Below are positions 55,401 through 64,000 of a stretch of DNA of 64,000 bases, piece by piece. The position numbers and the translations under genes are program-made. The notes below the pieces were generated by a model. The model saw nothing but the letters and a program-made list of their open reading frames with translations, was not told the origin of the DNA and did not search any database. Location of the stretch: NCBI GenBank assembly GCA_002811645.1, contig PDIP01000070.1, positions 850-64,849 of the forward strand, written 5' to 3'. Position 1 is the stretch's first letter. Every line of letters starts with the position of its first letter. The stretch is from Corallochytrium limacisporum Hawaii (lineage: Eukaryota; Protista; Pluriformea).

Positions 55401-57906
55401 GCTTCAGCAAGCGCATAATCTCGTCGTATACAGGCTTGACTTGGGGCAGTTTGGCAGGATCGCGGTGGTAGGCAGAGAGAAGGTCTTGGTACATGGATAA
55501 CTGCTTCTTGTTCTCCTCCGTCAGCGCAGTTGGATTGGTCTTGCTCATCATCATGAGACGCATAAACGTCGAGACTATGGTATTGGTACCTCCCGTGCTG
55601 CCTCCAGGGGTTCCGGCTGCAGGACTAGGCAGCGTTCCGGGTGTACCTACCGTTGTTCCCTCCTTGACGGTGCCGCCCGGGGTGGTCTGCTGTAGGAATT
55701 TCGGGGTGAGGCCTGGAATGTTCTGCGCCGCCAGTTTGGCGGGAGCAGACGGTGACACAGCGGCCGCAGCATTCTGAAGCTGCTGCTGGAAGGCGGTGGC
55801 AGGTGATGGGGCATCCCCAGGACCACCGAGGGCTCGGCGTTTGGCTGCCATGAGGGGATCTTCATCTTCCTTCTTGGTTTCCGAAGCTGTGCGTTTGCGG
55901 CCAGCTTCTCCTGCAGCCCCAGGTTTGGCATCACCATCGGCGGGGGTGCCAGGGATGGAAGCCACCACCTGCTGGACAGAGGCGAGATTGCCAGCCTGCA
56001 GTGCATCCGGATTCACAGGCGTGCCTACCTGCGAATTGGTGCGACTTTGCCGATCCTTAAAGTCTCCCCGTTTGGTCGGCGATACGATGCCATCTGCTGC
56101 CTTATCCTTCATTTCGCCTGTGACGCTGTTGTCCCCGACGCCCGGCAAATGTCCAGCACCGGCAGTTTGGGACTGAATGGCTTGCTGTTGTTTCAAGAGT
56201 TCCTGCTGGCGCTTCTGAATCGCTGCGCGGTGTGCCTGCTGGTGCAGTGGTGACGGTGTAGGTGCTTGGTTATGATCTGCACCTCCAGGCGCAGGTGACT
56301 GGGTAACAATCATAGGGCTCGGGGAATTGAACAGTGCTGGACTCGGTACCGGCACAGATCCGGGTGTCCGGAAAGGTAGACCCTGAGCGGTACCTGCCAG
56401 GTGCCGAGTTGCAGAATCTCCGGCGCCAGGAGCTGGGGGCACCTCCGTTGTTTTCGAGGCAGATGAAGTGTTGATAATGGGATTGGCGGAAGCATTGGAC
56501 AGGGGCCCGCTGTTGGTCTGGGAAATGGAGGCCAGAGAGCCCTGGGCGGCGGGCGCAGGTGTCATGGCCGCACCTGGTGTAAGTCCAGTGGACATGGCAG
56601 GGGTTTCTCCGGGTGTCATGGCATGGGTAATGGCTGTTTGGTTGAGAACAATGCCAACGCCTGTCTTTTGGTGGATCGCCGCAGAAGCCTTGTCCGGACC
56701 ACCGTCCAAGGTCAGTCCACGGAGCAGTGCAATGCCATCGGTCAGAGATGTCAAGTCCTTCGCACTGGGGACTTCATGGTCCTTACCAGATCCGACACCG
56801 CCGTTCGCCGCTGCGGAGTTATCCGGGACACCAATAGCTTGATGGAACGCCTGGGTAAGGGATGCAGACAATTCAATCATCTTTGCAGGCTTCAGCTCCT
56901 GTGATGGAACGGTTGACTTGGATTTGATGCTGGCATCCGGCACTGCCTTCTGGTATAGGGTGCGCAGCTCTGGAATCGCCCGAGGAGAAATTACACTAAC
57001 GAAGATGTTTCGCTGTGCCATTTTTTCTGCGAGTTCGGGGGCAGTTACGCCCTTGAACACTTCACTGTGTCTGCAGGGTGTATCCATGAAAGGGCGACTG
57101 TTAGCAATGACAAAGACATAATCTGCAACTTCTTGCTTCTCGCCACTGTCAGCAACTTCCACGGCGGTGGCCTTCTCTGTCGAGTCCGGTCCGTCCCTTT
57201 TCTCAGTAGCTTCCGCGTCATTCGTTTCGGCTCCTTCACCGCCCTTCTTTTCCTCTGTAGTGTCCATAGCGGCTGTCCCACCATTCGCAGTGGCGACTGG
57301 AGATGCATCCTCCCCGGCAGAACCGCTCAGCATAGACATGGCAATGGCCAACGCTTCGACTAAATTCGATCCCGCACTGGACCCGCCACTGGGGATAATG
57401 TTGGCCAGCATATATCCACGCAGACGTACTACATCCTGGGTCAACGGAACTGACTGCAATGCCTCGCCCGCAGAAAGGTCTTGACCGCCTCCATAGACAA
57501 CTAGACCCACCTCCAAATGTGATACTACATGTTTGGACGGATCATCTGAACGCTTATCGCCTTTCTTGTCCACGTCCTTCACGTCTTTCCGTTTCCCGTC
57601 TTCTCCCCTAATGGACCCACCCGCCAGAAAATGACTGAGTAATGCATCAATGGGTCCACGAAGGAGGTCATTGTAAGTCGACGCCATCGCAGCAGTACCA
57701 TCAATCACAAAAATAACCCGGCGCAAGCTGTGATTTCCCACTGCCTTGATTGACCCGACAGAATTTTGCCGATCGGCCGAAGGCAGTGGTGGGACAGACT
57801 TCCGGCCCCCAACTGTCGGCCATTTGTATTTCAATGCAGCACCGGCAATGCCCGCGCCCGGTCGCCCGGTTGCATACGACTGATATCTCTTTGAAATGGA
57901 GGCCAT
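52495..57906 (-). CDS. MED25: Mediator subunit 25-like (VWA domain, diverged ACID-like domain, long Q/A/G-rich regions), 1803 aa
   Basis: VWA blocks VIFVIDGTAAM, SGG...LVEALAIA, VIANSRPF, IFVSVISPRAIPELRTLYQKA. ACID-like TLPVQLVFSGEN...PKKLQI. PolyQ tracts. Confidence 0.8.
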   Translation of the reverse strand: MASISKRYQSYATGRPGAGIAGAALKYKWPTVGGRKSVPPLPSADRQNSVGSIKAVGNHSLRRVIFVIDGTAAMASTYNDLLRGPIDALLSHFLAGGSIRGEDGKRKDVKDVDKKGDKRSDDPSKHVVSHLEVGLVVYGGGQDLSAGEALQSVPLTQDVVRLRGYMLANIIPSGGSSAGSNLVEALAIAMSMLSGSAGEDASPVATANGGTAAMDTTEEKKGGEGAETNDAEATEKRDGPDSTEKATAVEVADSGEKQEVADYVFVIANSRPFMDTPCRHSEVFKGVTAPELAEKMAQRNIFVSVISPRAIPELRTLYQKAVPDASIKSKSTVPSQELKPAKMIELSASLTQAFHQAIGVPDNSAAANGGVGSGKDHEVPSAKDLTSLTDGIALLRGLTLDGGPDKASAAIHQKTGVGIVLNQTAITHAMTPGETPAMSTGLTPGAAMTPAPAAQGSLASISQTNSGPLSNASANPIINTSSASKTTEVPPAPGAGDSATRHLAGTAQGLPFRTPGSVPVPSPALFNSPSPMIVTQSPAPGGADHNQAPTPSPLHQQAHRAAIQKRQQELLKQQQAIQSQTAGAGHLPGVGDNSVTGEMKDKAADGIVSPTKRGDFKDRQSRTNSQVGTPVNPDALQAGNLASVQQVVASIPGTPADGDAKPGAAGEAGRKRTASETKKEDEDPLMAAKRRALGGPGDAPSPATAFQQQLQNAAAAVSPSAPAKLAAQNIPGLTPKFLQQTTPGGTVKEGTTVGTPGTLPSPAAGTPGGSTGGTNTIVSTFMRLMMMSKTNPTALTEENKKQLSMYQDLLSAYHRDPAKLPQVKPVYDEIMRLLKQQGSSTAGIAGGATPQAQAPTPGSVKAGLSPAPGGLAGLTAGAQSSLQGQAQAQAQAQAQAQAQAQAQAQAQAQAQAQAQAQAQAQAQARQAALQQQQQQAAAAQQAAKVGMPGAGGVPSAVLQRILVVPGDKVITLPVQLVFSGENSGAMEQQHLESMVPKKLQISRTRRVDNRAGAEEFDRKLGIRKIMLTVEAGKAVGVAIPPATINVHLESLRNHLCEVADPNPKLRSYIYDKGGKLNLALVYVGSQGDPVPSEFTNLVQKQNSLLTGAKPGQPQVAVGGPGAAVAAAANQQRPSPAAAGGPAGLASLGLGGALGAAAGARPGGPGTGPGGQPTITLTQPGLQAFTRARAVLARTGRSIDDMHVIQYTTRLQKGRAQGQVEQEVVKILREEELDLLSIEDFKKIAQNIIGRARTESPGEVVAFIAKVKKHIVERLSQSNIQLAGGGGVAGQQGAGAAGAAGPGAMKAGLGVPGGAGGANTAAELQQRLLAQQRTAAAAAGAAGTAGAGAAGGAGNDAGTPGPSSFPPQQRAFLLSKHLQSLSAPEKEHLKKEAMELSTQNGKGMQENMETVLRNSLYQALKRNGKEYLKHLTAGMPPIQQGAAGGAAGAGAVGSSEQPKPAGLGALGGPPRPQGVPGGPGGPRPGMPGAGGPQMGGEEKANLARQISRQIAALIQKTPQMRIIITQQYPELKEDLNNNPHVVRAKLQEVLVRYQRQQQQQQQQQQAAGQAGAGGLGGPRGPGAMGAMRPTALGPMGPGQMSPAEIARRRAALQQQQAAAAQQNAAAQQQQMLALQQQKQQQQQAALAQQQAAAAQQAAMNQQRQKQLEAQQKAAAAAAAASAAIAAVPPQQPPQAPVPAQQPAGANGNGNDNDKEKGSGGFGGGGGLDNLPGLDQAFPGDFNPDDIPDLGNPPADLGGGNPQSARPSEAGVDADMLGDLANLGEGDMGDMDMTLFNDPDFQMDL
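55135..55254 (-). repeat. Coding (Gln-Ala)20 repeat in MED25
   Basis: Twenty CARGCN hexamers with mixed synonymous codons. Confidence 0.95.
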
Positions 57907-58499
57907 AATTAGATTATCCGTTTCTTTTGAAGCCTCTCTGAATAATTCTCACAAACAAACCTTGGATATTCCCGTCTTGGTCATATTGGTATACTTTGCG
58001 AACATTGACTTTTTCCGACATGCATTCGCAACCTTACTTCCCGAAACCTGGTCATCCAATGGTTCGGTTCGCTTGGTGCGTTTTTCTTATTCTGATCTGA
58101 CACCCTCCTCAGCAGTGTTTCCGCGCTGTTTGATCTACCTAGTCTTGCCTTTCCATCAGATATCCCATGTCTCCCCTGAAAAGTCTCAAACCAATCGTCG
58201 CATGGTCCAACAAGAAAACACATCTCCTCGCTCCCAAAAACAGAAACCAAAACGACGACGACAACGTCGACGGCGACGGGGATCATCCGTCGCCTCCGTC
58301 ATCCAGGCGCATTCTGAATCCCAAGTCCAAAGTTCGAGGGTGTTTTTTTCCCGTTTCTCGCCCTCCTCGCGCAATCTCGCCTCTGTGCCCCCACCACTGT
58401 GTATCCCTCTCTCGCTCTCTGTGTCCTTTGGGACCCCAAACCGCACCCCTCTCCGCTACCCAATTCAACCCGTGCTGTCCGCTTGGCGGCCCGGTCGGG

Positions 58500-58526
58500 G
58501 TGTGTGTGTGTGTGTGTGTGTGTGTA
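58500..58526. repeat. (GT)n microsatellite
   Basis: Seen directly in the MED25/PDSS2 intergenic region. Confidence 0.9.
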
Positions 58527-60551
58527 TGTTTTCTGCACATTCGCGGCTTTTTTTTTGTGGGCCTTTCCTTCTTGTCCCTTGCCGTTCGGGGGCCTCTCTC
58601 TCGCTCTCTCTCTCTGTGTCGGTCGGTCGCTCGCTCCTTCCGCGCAAACGAAACGGTCGCTCGTTCTCCAAGACCGGATCTCCGCGCCGTCACCGGAACC
58701 GAACAGCCAAAACTCCAAAATCCCACCCCCCCCCNNNNNNNNNNNNNNNNNNNNNNNNNNNNNNNNNNNNNNNNNNNNNNNNNNNNNNNNNNNNNNNNNN
58801 NNNNNNNNNNNNNNNNNNNNNNNNNNNNNNNNNNNNNNNNNNNNNNCCCCCCCCCCCCCCCCGGGGGGGCCCCGCCAGAAGAGAGCTTGGTCGCTCGTTT
58901 GACCTGAAGCTCTCCCGAGTTTCCCTCCGTTTTTTTTTCTCTCTCTCTTATTTTGTCCTCGGGGACTGGGGCCGAGCGCTGGGTTGTATTGCTCTTGCTC
59001 ACAACCATGGCTTGTCAGCACACTACCGGCCCCCCCCCCCTGGGGGGGGCCTCCTTTCTTCCTTCTCGGAGTCTGTTTTTCCTTTTTTTTTTTTCTTTTT
59101 TATAATCTTCGCTTTGCGCCTGCACCAACCAAAGGGACCGGGAGCCCAAGCACGCCCCAAGGGCAGGAATACGGACCCCTCCGGTACCCTACTCAAACCC
59201 CCCCCCCCGGGGGGAACCCCTTTTCCGTACCCGACGCTCCTGGATATTTGGAAAATCACGACTGGAGCTTTCTTTCTGTGTTTTGTTTGAACTTTTGAGT
59301 TTTTTTTTTGGTTCTTCGTGTCGTGATCTCCTTTTTTTTCCTTCTTCCACACCCTTCCCGAAGATCTTTATTTTTGTTTTCTTTTTTATTTTTGGTTTCA
59401 TTGCTCGGTATGTTTATAACACCCGCGGGGTAGAGGCCCACGGTAGCTTTGCCTTTGGGGGGAGATGGAGGAGGGGGGCATGATGCGAGCCCTGGAGGCC
59501 ACGGGGCGGCGCGCAAGAGACAGACAGACAGCGAGTTTGACATCATAAAAGAAAAACTAACCACGGGGATCTGAAAATATACACACAGTCCCTACCTGCG
59601 CCTACGCATTATAAGAAGTATCCACACAAACACACGAGAGATACCTACCCCCTCCACCCTCCCGCCCCCTGCGGGGCGAGGAGGAGGAGGAGGAGGTTTC
59701 GTAGGCTGGTCCCGCGCGACCCTCCCCGCTCTCTCCCGGACAGCCGTCCTTCTCCATACTGAGAGTACGGAAGGGCACCCATGGCGTTCTTGTATCTCTC
59801 ATTGCTCCTTCTTGACAGCAACTTCCGTTTGGGTTGGTGCGGGGTCCGTACGTACGCACAAGGCCAGTCGGCCCCCCCCCGGGAGCCGACCTCCCTCTCC
59901 ACAGTCGACCGTGGCCGGGAAGGATAAAGATAAAAATGGGTGGGACTGTACAAAAAATACCATATATTCGGTACTGGTAACCGACGCAGAGAAAAAAGCC
60001 AGACCGGTCTCCACTTTTCTGAACTTGAAAATAAAACACACTGCCTGTGCGCCCTGTAGCAAAATGGACTCTCGGACATTCTCGCCTTCAATTCTCTTGG
60101 CTGCCTCCGAGGTCTCTGAAGCACGAGTTTTTTCTTCTTTTTTTTTTTTGGGTTTTTTCCTTTCTCCTTTTTTTTTCCATTTTTTTCGCGGTTGGGTGGC
60201 GATTTAATTCATGGAATGATTAGAAGTATTAGGTGATCAGTTCTTAACGCACAGCACCACAGGGAGGGGGTGCCGCCCGTGACCACCGGGGAAACCCCTC
60301 CGCTGACCCCTTGTGTGCTTGTGGACACGGTGAGAGTACGGTCTCGTGGACAAGAATTACTGGGTTGTGTTCATGGTTTGGACCAAGGGGGTATTCATGT
60401 GTGCTTTTAAAGGTACTTTGGAGATTCACTACATGCAATATCCGTTTGTGTTCAATAAAAGACACCGTGACAGGGACAGATCAAGAATCCGAGGAGACTA
60501 CGTCACACAGTGACCGCAGGAAACACATAATGTCAAGGACAGAAACTAAGA

Positions 60552-61955
60552 ATGCTCAGACATCGTATCATTGGTGAGGTATCCTGTCGGGCTTCACAAA
60601 CATGGCGGTCAGGGGTTTGCCGCACCATCTCCACCGCTGTGGCCCGGAGACAGTCAGCCCAAACGTCAGACGAAAGCCCAGACCTGCTTGAGCACCTCTA
60701 CGACGCATGGGCTCTGGTCCGTACTCCGTCCCGGGGACCAGGGTCACCGGAGAGCTTCTTCCTAGACGCGCATAAAGACAGCGACACAGAAAAAGGTTCA
60801 GGTTTCTCGCTGCTTCCTACACTTGGCTTTAGCCGCCAAAAAGACCCGATGGCACAGTGGACTGAGGCATTGGTCCGTGCCCGTAGTACAACAGGGTACT
60901 CAAGCTCACTGATGGGTTCCCTCAATGATCTCCTGGTCGACGAATTCGGGGCGGATCTGCCCAAGGCTATGGCTGCGAAGCATCTGGCCAAGTTGACCGC
61001 ATCTCGGCACCCCGTAGTGAATACAGTCCGACACTACCTCAATGACCACCCAGGACGGCACACGCGTGGTACCGTGGTGCTGCTCATGTCCAAGGCACTC
61101 TCAGAGGACGCAGTGTACACGGATCGGCAACGTAAGCTTGCGGAAATAACGGAAATGATTCACATTGCCTCGCTTATCCACCGATCGGTGACGGAACAAA
61201 CTGCCACGGCGGCAGAACTACGGAGTGATGATCTACGATACGGCAACAAGATTAGTGTGCTCGGGGGGGACTTCTTGCTCGCCAAGGTCAGTCAGGGACT
61301 GAGTCAGCTTCACAATCTCGAAGTCGTAGACCTCATGTCACAGGCAATTGAGCATTGGGTGGCGGCAGAGAACATTGGGCGATATGGCGAGGACTATGTG
61401 CGGTTAGTGCAGGGCGCTAAGAACTCCACAGACCTCGGTAAGTTGTACATGAAATGGTCTGAACTTTCCAGTGCGTCCCTTTTCAGCAAGGCATGCCGCT
61501 CCACAGCTCTATTGGAAGGCCACGATGAGGAAAAGTGTGCCATTGCGGAGAGCTACGGTCGCTACTTTGGTCTGGCCAGCCGGCTCATTGACGACCTCGA
61601 AGATGCGTATCGTGCGTGCTTGAGCAAGAGCGAAAATGGCCGGAAGCCGCTGGAGATTAGTGCCATCAATGCGGTGCTCATTTTGAATTCCAACGAAGAG
61701 AATCTGTGGGAGGTCAAAGACGTCCTCGAGCGCATCACACAGCCCAGTACGGATCAGGGACTGCAGCAGGAGCTGCGGCAGCGGCTTTTGTCATTGATGT
61801 GCGAACCGTCAGGGCAGGAGAAAGCGCAGCGTCTGCTCTTATCTCTCTGCGAAAAGGCGCGCGAAGTATTGGAACCGCTGCCACTGTCAGAAGCCAAGGG
61901 AGAACTAGAGCGTTTGGTTATGGCAATCCCGACCCGCGTTCCCCGGGAAGAGTGA
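60552..61955 (+). CDS. PDSS2: Decaprenyl-diphosphate synthase subunit 2-like, 467 aa
   Basis: Presequence-like N-terminus. RGTVVLLMSKA, QRKLAEITEMIHIASLIHRSV (HR in place of the first DDxxD, as in PDSS2), GNKISVLGGDFLLA. Confidence 0.85.
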   Translation: MLRHRIIGEVSCRASQTWRSGVCRTISTAVARRQSAQTSDESPDLLEHLYDAWALVRTPSRGPGSPESFFLDAHKDSDTEKGSGFSLLPTLGFSRQKDPMAQWTEALVRARSTTGYSSSLMGSLNDLLVDEFGADLPKAMAAKHLAKLTASRHPVVNTVRHYLNDHPGRHTRGTVVLLMSKALSEDAVYTDRQRKLAEITEMIHIASLIHRSVTEQTATAAELRSDDLRYGNKISVLGGDFLLAKVSQGLSQLHNLEVVDLMSQAIEHWVAAENIGRYGEDYVRLVQGAKNSTDLGKLYMKWSELSSASLFSKACRSTALLEGHDEEKCAIAESYGRYFGLASRLIDDLEDAYRACLSKSENGRKPLEISAINAVLILNSNEENLWEVKDVLERITQPSTDQGLQQELRQRLLSLMCEPSGQEKAQRLLLSLCEKAREVLEPLPLSEAKGELERLVMAIPTRVPREE

Positions 61956-62088
61956 TTCCCGCGAGCATCTTGCATCTTTATAAAATTTTGTACAATATCA
62001 TGATTTGCCAACCATCATCGATCTATTCATCTATTGCGTACGCAGGGAGCGGTTGGGTTGAGTTCTCGAGCCGTCGGTTCCATGGTCG

Positions 62089-62596
62089 TCAAGACCCACA
62101 GTGTAGACCAACTGACCTACCAGGAGTTCTGGCTGTCGAGAAAGATTTGCTGTGGCTAGTGGACTTGACGGCGGCAGTCTTGAGACCGAAGAGGTCGTGG
62201 AGCGGCTTGAGATCAATATACAGAGCTTCAGGATCAGCGGCTTGGTTGGAACTGTTGAAGACGTCCAGAGCCTGCTTTAACTTCTTCAGCGATGCTGCAT
62301 GTTCTGCACGCACCGTGTCTCGGAAACTGTACTTGTTGCCTAATCTTGAGCACCTGGGTCACGAAGAAGAGTGCCGAATCAGCATTGGTGGCCCACGGAT
62401 GCTTGGGCCTACGCATCGCAACCTTCAGGCATGCCCGGTTGATGGAATGGTAAACGGTCTGTTCCATATAGCCAAGCATGGGCAGGGACTTAATGTCAAT
62501 GGGGATTGCAGAGGGCGGCAGCTTCGTGGGCAGCTGCTGCTTGTGGTACTTGAAAGGCTGCAGCAAGAATTTCTGGCGGCGCTCCTCAGAAGACAT
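62089..62596 (-). CDS. Possible Dpy-30-motif protein; tentative join(62596..62397,62353..62089), 154 aa
   Basis: IDIKSLPMLGYMEQTV...ACLKVAMRRPKHP resembles the Dpy-30 motif (SLP..YL.QTV...L......RP..P). A 43-nt GT..CAG segment would join it to the 62089-62313 frame. Unspliced, the ORF ends at 62234. Confidence 0.4.
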
Positions 62597-64000
62597 AAGG
62601 TAGCAAACGTCGTTGTGCATCACCGCGAACTCGAGGTCACCCAGGAACCTCCCTCGTCCCCGTACCCAACCCCCCGTTTGTAGCGGAAGCCGACCTTGAT
62701 TCTTTATGAAATCATAATGGCTTGAAAAATCAAGCACTTTCTCAATTAGATGGTAGTGTGCTCTGTTCAAAGATGAGAAGTACTGAAAGTGTGAGATTCA
62801 AAATGATTGTTTTATTGATTTATAGGGGTCTATTTTTCACAGTGGTGACTTTATATGGCCTTCCAGAATTCACTCGAGTATATCGCCCGCCCACAGCCAA
62901 TCAGCAGCCAGCGAGGTATGCTACAGTACATTCACCATAGCGCTTCCCCCATTGCTCCCCGCAGCGCCCTTCCTTTTTTTACAAACTGCAGTTTTTTCGA
63001 AGCGAAAAAAAAAGGGAGGGAGGGGGGTGTGGAGAGGGAGAGGAAAGAAGGTGAATCGTTCCCGATTCCATTTTTTTTACCCTTTTAAAAATCTGGAACG
63101 TTCACAAGTCTTTTCGCAACAAATCCCTGACGTCTGCTGGGAATTTTTATTAATCTTTGGGTAATCCCTAGTACCACAACCAACCAACCCCCCCTCCAGA
63201 TTCAAACTCTCTCTCTTTCTCTCTCTCGCGCCGTCCTTCGTCTTAAGACTTCCCCCTCCTCCCGGGGCCATCGCGAAAACTTTTGTTCCATTTTTATCGT
63301 CTCTCTGGTGTCACCCAGAACCGGGGATACAACGTACAGCGGACAGAACAGCCTTTCTTGGCTCTCTTCTCACCCCGCCGAAGGGGAACCTACCCGGTCA
63401 TGGGCACGGCGTATGAAAATACAATTACAAAAAGAAAAATAGGGGGGGTGAAGGCAAGAATCAGAGGCTAAAGATGGATGCCACGTTTGTGTCCGTCCCT
63501 GATTCCATCCAAGAACCCAACCCCCCTCCCGTCCCTTTAGCCGTTCGCATCATGGATTCCCGCCTTCCCCGGCGGGCCCTAAACGGGATGGTGTCCGTCT
63601 ACGATCGATCGGTCATACTGAATATACCGCGATTGCGTCCGGTCAGGCAAAAATCAAAGCAGCACCGACGCTCGGCCTCGCATGTGCTGAATTGGAGCCG
63701 CGACCAGAAGGCCCAGGCAACGAAGGGGGGATCTGATCGGGCCTTGATTTCTAACTATATATTGATATGAACATAAATATGACTTACTTATTATACAATT
63801 CGCTGCGGTTCTCCATCGGGGAGGTATCCCTTTCCTCGCTTACCGGGGGCAAGCGGACACCGAAATCCTGGCTCGAGCCGCCTTGCTCGTGGCCTGTGGA
63901 ACACGGGGCCGCCCCGGTGCTCGGGAGGGGGGGGGTGGTAGGGCAATAAAAGAAAGGGGCGGACCCGTGGCGAAGGGTCCTCCCCCCCCCCCCGGGGGGG

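Noticed and set aside
61706-62683. 325-aa plus-strand ORF overlapping the PDSS2 end
   Set aside because: Non-ATG start, overlaps PDSS2 out of frame, and is antisense to the better Dpy-30-like candidate.
1-64000. tRNA, rRNA, snRNA, CRISPR arrays, intact transposons
   Set aside because: None recognised by eye. tRNAscan-SE, Infernal and repeat searches were not run, so absence is not proven.

Overview
Eukaryotic nuclear DNA from a draft assembly with six N-gaps and many microsatellite and homopolymer tracts. The coding sequences are almost all uninterrupted. The animal-like gene set (UBE3A with AZUL, RMDN1, R7-type RGS, MED25, PDSS2, MANEA-like, Maf-like bZIP) points by inference to an intron-poor unicellular holozoan, for example a Corallochytrium-like organism. 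The left part holds two tandem acyltransferases, a GH99 protein with altered catalytic residues and a Maf/CNC-like bZIP. About 20 kb with no recognisable gene follows. From 34.5 kb onward there is a dense block of 12-13 genes that alternate strand almost perfectly. The best finding is that the only well-supported spliceosomal intron (429 nt, in TMEM70) carries a long box C/D snoRNA-like element with a closing stem. Other leads are uORFs plus a GUG-initiated extension on the bZIP gene, a GH99 pseudoenzyme, a Tudor-FN3-RING protein, an SIP-like aquaporin and E2F sites upstream of DSN1. All family assignments come from recalled motifs; no database search was run.
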